A stretch of 64,000 nucleotides of DNA, from contig JABIHH010000087.1 in assembly GCA_018649725.1 (NCBI GenBank), positions 18,550-82,549 on the forward strand. Direction: 5' to 3'. Position numbers and translations under genes: made by a program. How positions within the stretch are numbered: the first letter of the stretch is position 1; each line of letters begins with the position of its first letter. The notes beneath the pieces are model-generated. The model was not told the DNA's origin. It worked only from the letters and a program-made list of their open reading frames with translations, and ran no database searches. Below are positions 7,871 to 17,785 of the stretch, one piece after another. This DNA is from Rhodospirillaceae bacterium. GTDB taxonomy: Bacteria > Pseudomonadota > Alphaproteobacteria > Rhodospirillales > UBA2165.

Positions 7871-7944
7871 TCGTGTCTGGGTCAGTTATCTGCGACAATC
7901 GCTATCGACCTTGGCCCCCCAATTCGTTAAAATCTGCACCGATC

Positions 7945-8799
7945 ATGCAGAAATTATTTAATCCGCAAAAACTCGAAAATTACCTGACCGAAGGGTCCCG
8001 GCATGTTGAAGGTTATCTGCTGTCCGGCTCCGCCTCGGTTATCTGTTCAATTTTAGATATTCAGGATGAGCTAAAAATCACCGGCAACATAGCTGAGATT
8101 GGAGTTTTCCATGGCAAGCTCCTGATCCTCTTAGCTCATAGTCTACGCCAGGGTGAAAGTGTCTTTGCCATTGATGTTTTCGATTCGCAGCCGGATATAC
8201 AGGGGATTAAAACCGCTGAGGATCAGCGTATGTTCAGCCCCGATAACCTGATCAATAATCTACAAGCCAATGACATTGACGTTGCTTTGGTTAAGCTCGT
8301 CATCGCCAACAGCCAGGATCTAGGTGAGCAGGATATTAAAGAAGAATTTGAGGACTCTGAGATCCGCCTCTTTAGCGTCGATGGCGATCACTCGAGAGCT
8401 GGTGTGCGCCATGATTTAAATTTGGCTGCCACCGTACTTTCAGCCGGCGGCATCATCTTGGCCGATGATCTCTTCAATACAATTTGCCCATCACTGACCG
8501 AAGGTATTATCGATTTTTTCCGCGACGACAATGACGGGCGCCTCGCACCTGTCGCGATTATTGCCGCCAATGGGCCGGTTCATACCGGATCGACAAAACT
8601 CGTGCTCGCAGATGCCGCCTATGCCGATCTATATAAGGCTTATTTACAATTGCTCAATCGCACGAATTACAGCCATACAGATGAATTCTTGGGCGCCTCT
8701 CATGTCTTGATATTTGATTTTAAAGAACAGCCCGCTCGCCATCCCTTGGACGACGATGTCCGCCGCGCTGTGGCCGAGTTTACCAGCGGGCAAGCCTAG
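7945..8799 (+). CDS. TylF/Methyltransf_24-like class I SAM-dependent methyltransferase
   Basis: GNIAEIGVFHGKLLILLA...VFAIDVFD...FSVDGDHSRAGVRHDLNLAATVLSAGGIILADD. Start moved to ATG 7945 because the ORF-track GTG 7873 abuts the rpsU terminator. Confidence 0.65.
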   Translation: MQKLFNPQKLENYLTEGSRHVEGYLLSGSASVICSILDIQDELKITGNIAEIGVFHGKLLILLAHSLRQGESVFAIDVFDSQPDIQGIKTAEDQRMFSPDNLINNLQANDIDVALVKLVIANSQDLGEQDIKEEFEDSEIRLFSVDGDHSRAGVRHDLNLAATVLSAGGIILADDLFNTICPSLTEGIIDFFRDDNDGRLAPVAIIAANGPVHTGSTKLVLADAAYADLYKAYLQLLNRTNYSHTDEFLGASHVLIFDFKEQPARHPLDDDVRRAVAEFTSGQA

Positions 8800-8802
8800 G
8801 CA

Positions 8803-9855
8803 ATGGATCTCAGCATCATCATCGCGACCCGAAATCGCGCCCAATCTCTCGCCAAAGCGCTCGACGCACTCGCGCAACTAAATATCAACTTTGATCACAT
8901 TGAGGTCTTGGTAGCTGACAATGGCTCCACGGATGCGACGCTAACGATCTGCCAAATGTATGAAAACATATTCCCCCATTTCAGGCATATATTTGATACG
9001 CGTCCCGGGCAATTGGTGGGTTGGCATCGGGCGCTCTTTGACTCTCAAGCTGACATCCTGGCTTTCATCGACGACGATGTACGGCCGACACCGAATTGGG
9101 CCAAAGCCGCAATTGAAAGTTTTGCCTCCCCGGACATCGGCCTTGCCACCGGCAGAATAATACCTGAGTTCGAACAAAAGCCGCCCAGTTGGCAAAGCGA
9201 TATGGTGCTGGAGAATAAATTGGGTGTGTGGTCAGGGCTTTGGGGCATGCTTGATTTTGGATCTGAAATTAGAGAAATCCCCGCTGATTTTGTATGGGGC
9301 AGTAATTTCCTCATTCGCCGACAAGCGATGATTGATGCGGGTGGTTTTCACCCCGGCGGCATGCCGAGAGAGCTCTACCATTTCACTGGTGACGGTGACG
9401 TCGGCGTTGGCCGCATTGTCGCTGAGCAGGGCTTAAAGGCCCTCTACCACCCGGAAGCGGCCGTCGCGCACCACCTACCTGCCGCCCGCAACTCCAGCCC
9501 GGATGAAGTTCAACGATGGATATTTGGTGAAGGCTTGGTCACATCCTACGTATTGATGCGGCGCTTGGCCGCGGCTCATCCCGAGCGCGCTCCAGCGGAT
9601 ATCATCGAGCTTGTGGGCGAGACCATTAGCCCGGCAGAGATCGCCAATATTGGGCGCGGATATTTAAAGCCAAACAGCAAGCTGCCGGATGAGCTGGAAC
9701 AATTGTTTCAAAACTCCGGCGCGGCAGGCTTTGACCTTCACCAAAGTCATTTCAAGCAAGACGCTTTGTTTAGGGATTGGGTATTGCAGCCCAACTATCT
9801 CGATCTAGATGCGTGTTACAGCCATCCTGATCTACAAAAAAAGCGGCCCTCCTAA
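8803..9855 (+). CDS. Family 2 glycosyltransferase with an uncharacterised C-terminal half
   Basis: LSIIIATRNRAQSL...VLVADNGSTDAT...AFIDDDV. It starts 4 nt after the methyltransferase stop. Confidence 0.75.
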   Translation: MDLSIIIATRNRAQSLAKALDALAQLNINFDHIEVLVADNGSTDATLTICQMYENIFPHFRHIFDTRPGQLVGWHRALFDSQADILAFIDDDVRPTPNWAKAAIESFASPDIGLATGRIIPEFEQKPPSWQSDMVLENKLGVWSGLWGMLDFGSEIREIPADFVWGSNFLIRRQAMIDAGGFHPGGMPRELYHFTGDGDVGVGRIVAEQGLKALYHPEAAVAHHLPAARNSSPDEVQRWIFGEGLVTSYVLMRRLAAAHPERAPADIIELVGETISPAEIANIGRGYLKPNSKLPDELEQLFQNSGAAGFDLHQSHFKQDALFRDWVLQPNYLDLDACYSHPDLQKKRPS

Positions 9856-9874
9856 GAGAGCCGCTTCTTGTTTG
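9836..9874. terminator. Bidirectional intrinsic terminator between the glycosyltransferase gene and pntB
   Basis: AAGCGGC-12 nt-GCCGCTT, flanked by an A7 run on the left (U7 for the minus-strand transcript) and CTTGTTTG on the right. Confidence 0.6.
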
Positions 9875-9887
9875 CGTCGAATGTGAT

Positions 9888-11282
9888 TTAACCCAAAGCT
9901 TGAACAATACTTTCGGTCATAGCCTTAGCATCGGAAAACAGCATCATCGTGTTGTCGCGGAAGAACAACTCATTGTCGACGCCGGCATAACCTGATGCCA
10001 TTGAGCGTTTAATAAACAGCACCGTGCCGGCATTCTCGACCTCTAAGATCGGCATACCATAGATGGCACTGGTTGGGTCCGTCTTAGCAGCTGGATTGGT
10101 CACATCGTTCGCGCCAATTACAAAAGCCACATCTGCCGTTGAGAACTCAGTGTTGATCTCTTCCAGCTCAAACACCTCATCATAAGGCACGTTGGCTTCG
10201 GCCAAGAGTACGTTCATGTGGCCCGGCATCCGACCCGCAACGGGGTGAATGGCATAGGACACATCGACGCCCTCCGCTTTCAAAAGATCGCCCATCTCAC
10301 GCAGCGCATGCTGAGCTTGAGCAACCGCCATGCCGTAACCCGGCACAATAATGACTTTGCTGGCGTTCTTCATAATGAAGGCCGCATCATCGCCACTACC
10401 GGATTTAACGGCTTTGGCTTCACCGCCGCCGGCAGCCGCAGGTCCGGCAACTTCGCCGCCGAAACCACCCAATAGAACATTGAAGATCGAACGGTTCATG
10501 CCTTTACACATGATGTAGCTCAGGATCGCACCCGACGAGCCGACAAGCGCACCGGTGACGATCAAAGCCGTGTTGCTCAGCGTAAAGCCAATGCCGCACG
10601 CTGCCCAACCTGAATAGGAATTCAGCATCGAGACCACGACCGGCATATCGGCACCACCGATTGGCAAAATGATCGTAAAGCCAATGATGATGGAAAGCAC
10701 AACCACAGCCCAGAAAGCCGTCTCGCTATTCGTTTGAACCAACCAAGCGACGCCGGCAACTAGCGCAATGCCCAGCAGAGCGTTGAGCGCGTGCTGGCCT
10801 GGGAACACCAAAGGCGAGCCGCTGAGGACGCCTTGCAGCTTACCAAAGGCGATCAGCGAACCCGAGAAGGTGATGGCACCAATGGCTGCACCCAACGACA
10901 TCTCAATCAAGCTGGCAGCCTGGATGTTACCGAGCACACCAATACCATAAGCTTCTGGTGCGAAGAACGCTGCCGCGGCAACAAAGACCGCAGCCAAGCC
11001 GACGAGTGAGTGAAAAGCAGCCACCAATTGCGGTAAGGCTGTCATCTCGATCTTGAGGGCAACGACTGTACCGATCAGACCACCGATAATGATACCAGCA
11101 ATAATCAACTCGAAGCTCATAACTGTTGGATCAGCGAGCGTCGTTCCAATCGCGATGACCATACCAATAACACCAAGCGCGGTACCCCTGCGGGCACTTT
11201 CCGGCGAACTTAAGCCACGCAGAGCTAAAATGAAGCAGACAGCAGCGGCGAGATAGGCAAATCCTGTAAGTGACTCACTCAT
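9888..11282 (-). CDS. pntB: NAD(P) transhydrogenase subunit beta
   Basis: 464 aa with multiple TM helices and a C-terminal NADP(H) domain (VIIVPGYGMAVAQAQH...GANDVTNP). ATGA overlap with the upstream gene. Confidence 0.93.
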   Translation of the reverse strand: MSESLTGFAYLAAAVCFILALRGLSSPESARRGTALGVIGMVIAIGTTLADPTVMSFELIIAGIIIGGLIGTVVALKIEMTALPQLVAAFHSLVGLAAVFVAAAAFFAPEAYGIGVLGNIQAASLIEMSLGAAIGAITFSGSLIAFGKLQGVLSGSPLVFPGQHALNALLGIALVAGVAWLVQTNSETAFWAVVVLSIIIGFTIILPIGGADMPVVVSMLNSYSGWAACGIGFTLSNTALIVTGALVGSSGAILSYIMCKGMNRSIFNVLLGGFGGEVAGPAAAGGGEAKAVKSGSGDDAAFIMKNASKVIIVPGYGMAVAQAQHALREMGDLLKAEGVDVSYAIHPVAGRMPGHMNVLLAEANVPYDEVFELEEINTEFSTADVAFVIGANDVTNPAAKTDPTSAIYGMPILEVENAGTVLFIKRSMASGYAGVDNELFFRDNTMMLFSDAKAMTESIVQALG

Positions 11283-11629
11283 TTGGCGGCCTCCACTTTC
11301 TTAGGCTTTTTCTTAAACATCGCCAACATTCGATTGGTAACAATGAAGCCACCGAAAATATTGACCGAGGCCAAAATCACAGCAACAAAGCCCATGACTT
11401 TCGAAAAGCCCATATCTGCTGGACCAGCCGCAATTAGCGCGCCAACAATGATCACAGATGACACTGCGTTGGTCACACTCATCAGTGGCGAATGCAACGC
11501 GGGCGTCACACTCCAGACCACAAAAAAACCAATGAACACGGCTAAAACAAAAACCGTGAACATGAAAATAAACGGATCACCTGATGAGGCGGCCTCTGCT
11601 GCTTTCGCAGCCAATTTATCTGTACCCAT
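11279..11629 (-). CDS. pntAB: NAD(P) transhydrogenase subunit alpha, membrane part 2
   Basis: 116-aa hydrophobic protein between pntAA and pntB, as in the split alphaproteobacterial arrangement. Confidence 0.85.
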   Translation of the reverse strand: MGTDKLAAKAAEAASSGDPFIFMFTVFVLAVFIGFFVVWSVTPALHSPLMSVTNAVSSVIIVGALIAAGPADMGFSKVMGFVAVILASVNIFGGFIVTNRMLAMFKKKPKKVEAAK

Positions 11630-11631
11630 GA

Positions 11632-12780
11632 TTAGCTCCCCTCACCGGTTAAGCGTGGATGGACAACTTTGCCATCCTTACAGACCAATGTTCCTTGAAC
11701 GATTTCATCTTCCCAATCAATCTTCAGAGACTTGGTCTCGGGATCAACCAGGGGTGTGATGAAATTCAATAGATTTTTAGCAAATAGCTGACTGGCGTCT
11801 TCAGCAATCCGGCTCGGCACATTGGCATGGCCAATAATGCTAACACCGCCTGATTTGACCGTCTTACCCATCTCAGAGAGCGGACAGTTACCACCAGCCT
11901 CAACAGCCAGATCAACAATCACGGCACCATCCGGCATCGAGGCGACCATCTCTTCGGTCACCAATACGGGGGCGGGACGTCCTGGAATAAGTGCCGTCGT
12001 AATGACCACGTCTTGTTTCTTAATATGCTCAGCGACGACTTCTTTTTGCTTTTCGAAATACTCAGGCGGCATCTCCTTGGCGTAGCCGCCTTCGGTCTGC
12101 GCATCGGCTTCCATTTCAGGATCAACTTCGAGGAATTTACCCCCGAGACTTTCGACTTGTTCTTTGGTCGCTGGCCGAACGTCAGTTGCGGTAACCACTG
12201 CGCCCATACGCTTGGCTGTCGCGATGGCTTGAAGCCCCGCTACACCGACACCCATGATAAAGACTTTGGCTGGCGGGATCGTGCCAGCGGCTGTCATCAT
12301 CATCGGATAAGCCCGGCCCAACTCGCCCGCTGCATCCAGCACAGCTTTGTAGCCGGCCAAGTTACTTTGCGATGAGAGGATATCCATCGATTGCGCCCGC
12401 GTTATTCTCGGCATCAACTCCATGGCAAATGCGGTAACACCGGTTGCCGCTAATTTCTCCATCGCTTCTTTGTTGCCGAGCGCTGATAGGCTCGCGATCA
12501 AAATATTGCTGGAGGAATACAGAGAAAAATCATCACCGGCATCCGCATTTGGCCCTCTAACCTTCAAGACGAGATCGGCTCCTTGAATAGCAGAAGCCGC
12601 GTCAGCCGCGATAGATGCCCCGGCTTCGGTTAATGCTGCATCACTAAAGGAAGCGCCTTCACCGGCACCGCTTTCAATCGAGATATCAAATCCCAACGCG
12701 TTTAGTTTCTTAATCGAATCGGGTGAGGCCGCGACGCGCAACTCGTCATCGAGCCGCTCTTTGGGCACTGCTAGTCTCAT
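11632..12780 (-). CDS. pntAA: NAD(P) transhydrogenase subunit alpha, part 1 (dI)
   Basis: MRLAVPKERLDDELRVAASP...VFIMGVGVAGLQAIATAKRMGA (Rossmann motif). ATG 12780 is preceded by GGGGGAGAAG. The ORF-track extension was rejected. Confidence 0.9.
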   Translation of the reverse strand: MRLAVPKERLDDELRVAASPDSIKKLNALGFDISIESGAGEGASFSDAALTEAGASIAADAASAIQGADLVLKVRGPNADAGDDFSLYSSSNILIASLSALGNKEAMEKLAATGVTAFAMELMPRITRAQSMDILSSQSNLAGYKAVLDAAGELGRAYPMMMTAAGTIPPAKVFIMGVGVAGLQAIATAKRMGAVVTATDVRPATKEQVESLGGKFLEVDPEMEADAQTEGGYAKEMPPEYFEKQKEVVAEHIKKQDVVITTALIPGRPAPVLVTEEMVASMPDGAVIVDLAVEAGGNCPLSEMGKTVKSGGVSIIGHANVPSRIAEDASQLFAKNLLNFITPLVDPETKSLKIDWEDEIVQGTLVCKDGKVVHPRLTGEGS

Positions 12781-13091
12781 ACTTCTCCCCCTGTAAATGG
12801 ATTTGAAAATAGAATTGGCTATTGCCTGAAAAACTGGCGACAAAATGCCTATTTAATGCTGATTTGCCAAGGGCAATATCACCAAAACCAAGGTACAAAT
12901 TAAAAAATCTGGCGCTTTTTCAACTTAAATGGCTTTATCCGATGATTTGAGCGCTTTTCACAACCGAATTTCACAAACAATTCTCAAAAGCGATAACTTG
13001 AAGATCGCGTTCCGCGCACCAATATAGGAAGTAATCGGGGGAATAAGACGGGCTTATTATGGCGATTCGTGACAACAACAGGAGTGTTAGA

Positions 13092-13721
13092 ATGCCAGCT
13101 GATTTGACGGGCGGGCCGGACGGTCAGCACGGTCTCTACTTTCGCCCCGTGGAGAGGGCCGAATTTGACAAGTTTACAGCGCGCCAAGCGACCTCACCTG
13201 AAACAGGTCGGATCGAAACGGTCTACGAGAAAAAAGAGATCGCAAACCCGACCAGAATAATCCGCAATCTCGGACTCTATGGCTGCGGTAAACTTTGTGC
13301 CGTTGCCATTTGCGTTATCATCCCAAATAAATCCGATGGCCATAACTCCTGTCGGTTAGATACGGTTGTCGTCGATAGCGATCTCAGAAAGCAGGGCTTG
13401 GCGACTTTTATCATTACCACGCTCTTTATGGATTTGCTGGCCGACCCCGAATTAGACATTACCCGCATGTTCAGCTATGCGGTTCATCCAGGAACTGTTG
13501 GTGCTTTAAGTAAATTGCATTTTAGCGATCCACCTCCAAAGGGCGCACCTTTGATTGCTGTCGATGTTGGTGGCCCGGAGGATTCCGATGTTCTCTCATC
13601 TTGCCAAACTTTGTTTGGTCAGTTAAATGCGGAGTTGCAGGGCTTGTGCTCAAATTGCGCGGCGGAAGATGGACCTGAGCTTCGTTGGTGCGAAGGCGCC
13701 GTTTCAACCGGAAATAAATAG
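13092..13721 (+). CDS. GNAT-fold acetyltransferase-like protein with a Cys-rich C-terminus
   Basis: Motif A R-x-x-G-x-A in RLDTVVVDSDLRKQGLATFII, followed by AVHPGTVGALSKLHF. C-terminus has C-x13-CxxC-x9-C. ATG 13092 is preceded by AGGAG. Confidence 0.5.
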   Translation: MPADLTGGPDGQHGLYFRPVERAEFDKFTARQATSPETGRIETVYEKKEIANPTRIIRNLGLYGCGKLCAVAICVIIPNKSDGHNSCRLDTVVVDSDLRKQGLATFIITTLFMDLLADPELDITRMFSYAVHPGTVGALSKLHFSDPPPKGAPLIAVDVGGPEDSDVLSSCQTLFGQLNAELQGLCSNCAAEDGPELRWCEGAVSTGNK

Positions 13722-13729
13722 ACCTAAAA

Positions 13730-14659
13730 GTGACAACTTTTTTTTATACCCACCCCGACTGCCTCACTCATGAAACTGGGCCAAATCACCCAGAATCCGC
13801 CGCCCGCCTTGAAGCGCTGCTCGAGAGATTGAAAGATGATGAGTTTGGTAAACTTGTACAGAAGCAAGCCCCTCGGGCAACGTTGGATCAAATTCTAGCC
13901 GTTCACTCCAATGATTATGTCGACCGCATCTCGGACGCCATCCCAAAATCCGGCTATGAAGATTTTGACCCATCCGGCACCGTCATCTCGAGCGGTGCCT
14001 TGGATGCCGCTTACCGGGCGGCCGGTTCGGTCATTGCAGCTGTCGATGATGTCATGCACCGTTCGGCCCAGAACGTTTTTTGCGGTGTGCGGCCCCCCGG
14101 CCACCACACCGAGACAGCCCGAACTTCAGGTTTTTGTTTTTTCAACAATATCGCCATCGGTGTCCGCTATTTGCAAAAAAGATACAATTTAGAACGTATC
14201 GCTGTCATCGATTTCGATGTTCATCACGGCAATGGCACTCAGGAAATTCTCGAGCGCGATGAAAACGTGTTTTTCGCCTCCTTGCATCAGGCCTTTATTT
14301 TTCCGAATACCGGAAAAATCGGCGTTTCCAGCAATCGCAATGTCGTCAATGTGCCGGTTGTCCCAAGTCTTACCGGCAAACAAATTGCCGAGACCTTTAC
14401 CGCCCGCATCATCCCCCTGCTCTCCGCCTTTGAACCCGAGTTCATTTTTATTTCAGCCGGATTTGATGCCCATCGCAACGACCCGATCGGCGGGCTTAAA
14501 CTTGATTATGACGATTTCGTCTCGATGACGCAGGATTTGATGAAAACGGCTGATCAGTTCAGTGAGGGGCGTATCGTTTCCGCGCTTGAAGGCGGCTATG
14601 ACCCACGGTCGCTGGCCAATGCGGCGGCGGTTCATATTCTGGAACTCATGAAAGCTTAA
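13730..14659 (+). CDS. Histone deacetylase-family (class II HDAC / acetylpolyamine amidohydrolase-like) Zn hydrolase
   Basis: HPESAARL, RPPGHH, DFDVHHGNGTQ, SAGFDAH, EGGY. GTG start 8 nt after the upstream stop. Confidence 0.88.
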   Translation: MTTFFYTHPDCLTHETGPNHPESAARLEALLERLKDDEFGKLVQKQAPRATLDQILAVHSNDYVDRISDAIPKSGYEDFDPSGTVISSGALDAAYRAAGSVIAAVDDVMHRSAQNVFCGVRPPGHHTETARTSGFCFFNNIAIGVRYLQKRYNLERIAVIDFDVHHGNGTQEILERDENVFFASLHQAFIFPNTGKIGVSSNRNVVNVPVVPSLTGKQIAETFTARIIPLLSAFEPEFIFISAGFDAHRNDPIGGLKLDYDDFVSMTQDLMKTADQFSEGRIVSALEGGYDPRSLANAAAVHILELMKA

Positions 14660-15999
14660 GCGGGTTTTTCCAATTTTACTTTTTTGAACGCTGCCGCTTG
14701 ATTTCTAGCGAGTGTCTTTTCATCAAAATCATCAATCAACTCGTGGAACACCTGATGCCAATTGATCTCGGCCTTGAGATGGGTGAAGACTGAGCCCAGG
14801 CCAATTGCCGCCCGGTCCATCAAAACAAATTCCGGCGGCGGCGCGACACCGCCAAGTTTATGAAGCTCCTCTCGGACCTTCCGGGCAATGCCACGGCCAT
14901 AGGTCCCGTCGCCGGTTTGAATCGGCCGAATTCGATCCTCCAGCAGCGGCGCATAGACAAACTCCGCCCACATATTGAGAATATCGATTTTTTCCTGGCT
15001 CAGATTGTCAAAGCCCCAGGTCTCATATGCATGCACTGCAAGGTCCGGGTCATCGTCTTTAAGTGCCGTATAAAGGTCAATGACACCCCTGACGAAAGAC
15101 GGCTCAAATACTCGAATACAGCCAAAATCGAGAAGATTGATCGAGCCGTCGTCGCGTACTGTGTAATTGCCAAGATGCGGGTCACCGTGAATGACGCCGT
15201 AATGATAAAGCGGCACATACCAGGCACGAAACATATTCAGTGCAACTTGATTGCGCGACGCCGTATCGCCATTGGCTTCGATATAGGGCAGCAAGGGCGT
15301 GCCCTCTAACCACGTCATACTGACCAGGCGATCGCCGCAGAGCTCATCAACAACTTCCGGCACGTGGACGCTTGCTTCATCGCTTAGCATTTCGGCATAG
15401 AGCCGCAACTGCTTTGCTTCACGGATGTAGTCCAACTCTTCGCGCAATCTGGCCGATAGCTCGCCATGAATGGCCGTCGGGTCAATCGCCTGATCGTAGC
15501 GGCGATAAATGTTAAAGACCAATTTCAACTGGCGAAGATCGGCCTCCACGACCGACTGCATGTCGGGATATTGCAGCTTGCTGGCGATCTCGCGGCCATC
15601 CTTGGCCGTGGCTTTATGTACTTGGCCGAGCGAGGCAGCGGCCGCAGCGTCCTGGCCAAAATCTGCATATTTGGACTGCCAATCGGGTCCAAGCTCACCC
15701 GCCATGCGACGCTTAACAAAGCGCCAGCCCATTGCGGGTGCATTGGATTGCAGCTCGGCGAGTTGGTCGGCATATTCCTGCGGTAGTGCGTTTGGAATGG
15801 TCGAGAGAATTTGCGCAACTTTCATCAACGGGCCTTTGAGGCCGCCCAGCGCATCCTTCAGATCAACCGCATGTTCCAGCCGATCGAGCTTGAAGCCAAG
15901 ATAACGCTCACCCGCCAACCTGGCTGCCAAACCGCCAACGGTTTTGCCAACTTTCGCATAGCGGAGGGCGCGCCCTCCTAACGTGTCATCATCGGCCAT
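14656..15999 (-). CDS. ABC1/UbiB-family atypical protein kinase
   Basis: GPLMKVAQILSTIPNALPQEYADQLAELQSNAP, ASLGQVHKA, HGDPHLGNY, LLDFG. ATG 15999 (MADDD...) is preferred. It lies 1 nt after the pepF stop. Confidence 0.85.
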   Translation of the reverse strand: MADDDTLGGRALRYAKVGKTVGGLAARLAGERYLGFKLDRLEHAVDLKDALGGLKGPLMKVAQILSTIPNALPQEYADQLAELQSNAPAMGWRFVKRRMAGELGPDWQSKYADFGQDAAAAASLGQVHKATAKDGREIASKLQYPDMQSVVEADLRQLKLVFNIYRRYDQAIDPTAIHGELSARLREELDYIREAKQLRLYAEMLSDEASVHVPEVVDELCGDRLVSMTWLEGTPLLPYIEANGDTASRNQVALNMFRAWYVPLYHYGVIHGDPHLGNYTVRDDGSINLLDFGCIRVFEPSFVRGVIDLYTALKDDDPDLAVHAYETWGFDNLSQEKIDILNMWAEFVYAPLLEDRIRPIQTGDGTYGRGIARKVREELHKLGGVAPPPEFVLMDRAAIGLGSVFTHLKAEINWHQVFHELIDDFDEKTLARNQAAAFKKVKLEKPA

Positions 16000-16000
16000 A

Positions 16001-17785
16001 CTATTCTTTCGAGATTTGCTCCAATTCGTCGACAAAGCCCGCGACAACACTAAGACCGCGGTGCCAAAAAGCTGGATCACTGGCATCTAAGCCGAAGGGA
16101 GCCAGCAGTTCCTTGTGGCGCAGCGTACCGCCGGCTTTCAACATCTCGATATATTTATCGCGAAATCCGGGATGCCCCTCTTGGAAGACATCATAAAGCG
16201 AGTTCACCAGACAATCGCCAAAAGCATAGGCATAGACGTAAAATGGTGAATGGATGAAATGCGGTATATAGGCCCAGAAGTGACGATATTCCTCATCGAA
16301 TTTGAAGGCTGGCCCGAGACTTTCGGTTTGGATGTCCATCCATATCTCGCCTAAGCGATCGGCGCTTAGCTCACCGTTCTGGCGTTCGGCATGGACGCGC
16401 TCTTCAAAAGAATAAAAAGCGATCTGGCGAACAACCGTGTTGAGCATATCCTCGACTTTACCAGCCAATAAAATGCGGCGCGTTTTGTCATCCTCGGCGC
16501 CATCAAGCATACCTCTGAAAGTTAACATCTCGCCAAAGACAGATGCAGTTTCTGCCAAAGTGAGCGGTGTATCGGACAAAAAATGTCCGTGTGGGGCTGC
16601 CAGCACTTGGTGCACGCCGTGGCCGAGTTCATGGGCAAGCGTCATTACATCTCGGGTTTTGCCGTGGTAGTTCATGAGGATATAGGGATGCGCGGACGGC
16701 ACGGTTGGATGTGAAAAAGCGCCAGAATCTTTGCCTTCGCGCGGATCAGCATCTATCCAGGATTTATCAAAAAACTGCTCTGCGATCTCGCTTAATTGAG
16801 GCTCAAAGGCGTTGTAAGAGCTGAGCACCGTCTCCTTCGCCTCTCCCCAGGAAATTTTAGCCTCATCCGCATCCGGCAGCGGTGCATTGCGGTCCCAGTA
16901 ATCCATCTCCTCGACACCCATCCATTTGGCTTTCAGCTTGTAATAGCGGTGTGCGAGATTTGCGTAATTATCTTTTACGGCACTGGCCAAAGCATCGACA
17001 ACCTCGTCTTCGACTTGATTGGAGAGATTGCGGCTCGATACCGGTCTTGGAAATTTACGCCAACCATCCTCGATCTCTTTATCCTTAGCGAGGGTATTTG
17101 TGACCAGCGAAAAGAGTTTGATGTTTTCATTCAAGCCTTTGCCAAAGGCCTTGGCGGCCTTTTTGCGCACCAGGCCATCGGCATCAGACATCCGGCTCAT
17201 AATTTCACTGCTGGAGATTTTACGGCCATCAACATCAAAACGCATACCGGCCATGGTCTCATCGAAAAGCCTCGACCACGAGGCGCGGCCGGTAACTGAT
17301 TTTTCATGCAGCAGCTTTTCCAGCTCATCATCGAGCTGGTACGGCTTGTAAATGCGTACCGAGTCTACCCAAGGCGCATATTTTACAGCCGTCGGGTCCG
17401 TCATTTGTTGAGCCAGTGTAGCGTCTTCAATGCGGTTAAGTTCCAACTCGAAAAACAGAGTATCGGTTGATATCTCGGTCGCCCGTTCATTCATGTCCTG
17501 ATAGAAAGCGGCGACTTGGGCGTTCTCAGCATCTGCGGCAAATAACAATTGGGCATAGGACATAACAGCCGACAAAACTTCGCTTAATTCTTCATACTCC
17601 TTGATGGCGCGGCCCAATCCGGCACCGTCCAAAGCGGCCAATTTACCCTGATATTGGGCAGCAAAGGATTTAGCACTTTCGGCTGTGCGATCTAAATCCT
17701 CACTAATTTTTGGATCGTCCTGAGCAAGATACAGATCGTCTAAAATCCATTTTGGCGTAGCTTCGGTTGAGGCGGCGGCGGTCAT
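16001..17785 (-). CDS. pepF: M3B oligoendopeptidase F
   Basis: About 594 aa with the HELGHGVH zinc motif. Confidence 0.88.
   Translation of the reverse strand: MTAAASTEATPKWILDDLYLAQDDPKISEDLDRTAESAKSFAAQYQGKLAALDGAGLGRAIKEYEELSEVLSAVMSYAQLLFAADAENAQVAAFYQDMNERATEISTDTLFFELELNRIEDATLAQQMTDPTAVKYAPWVDSVRIYKPYQLDDELEKLLHEKSVTGRASWSRLFDETMAGMRFDVDGRKISSSEIMSRMSDADGLVRKKAAKAFGKGLNENIKLFSLVTNTLAKDKEIEDGWRKFPRPVSSRNLSNQVEDEVVDALASAVKDNYANLAHRYYKLKAKWMGVEEMDYWDRNAPLPDADEAKISWGEAKETVLSSYNAFEPQLSEIAEQFFDKSWIDADPREGKDSGAFSHPTVPSAHPYILMNYHGKTRDVMTLAHELGHGVHQVLAAPHGHFLSDTPLTLAETASVFGEMLTFRGMLDGAEDDKTRRILLAGKVEDMLNTVVRQIAFYSFEERVHAERQNGELSADRLGEIWMDIQTESLGPAFKFDEEYRHFWAYIPHFIHSPFYVYAYAFGDCLVNSLYDVFQEGHPGFRDKYIEMLKAGGTLRHKELLAPFGLDASDPAFWHRGLSVVAGFVDELEQISKE

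Noticed and set aside
7873-7944. N-terminal extensions offered by the ORF track here, and also at 12781-12843, 16000-16086, 31039-31098, 35482-35568, 56759-56812, 59586-59642 and 59805-59843
   Set aside because: Each extension either starts at a non-ATG codon, overlaps a terminator or the upstream gene, or lacks an RBS. A downstream ATG/GTG with a Shine-Dalgarno-like sequence matches the expected family N-terminus.
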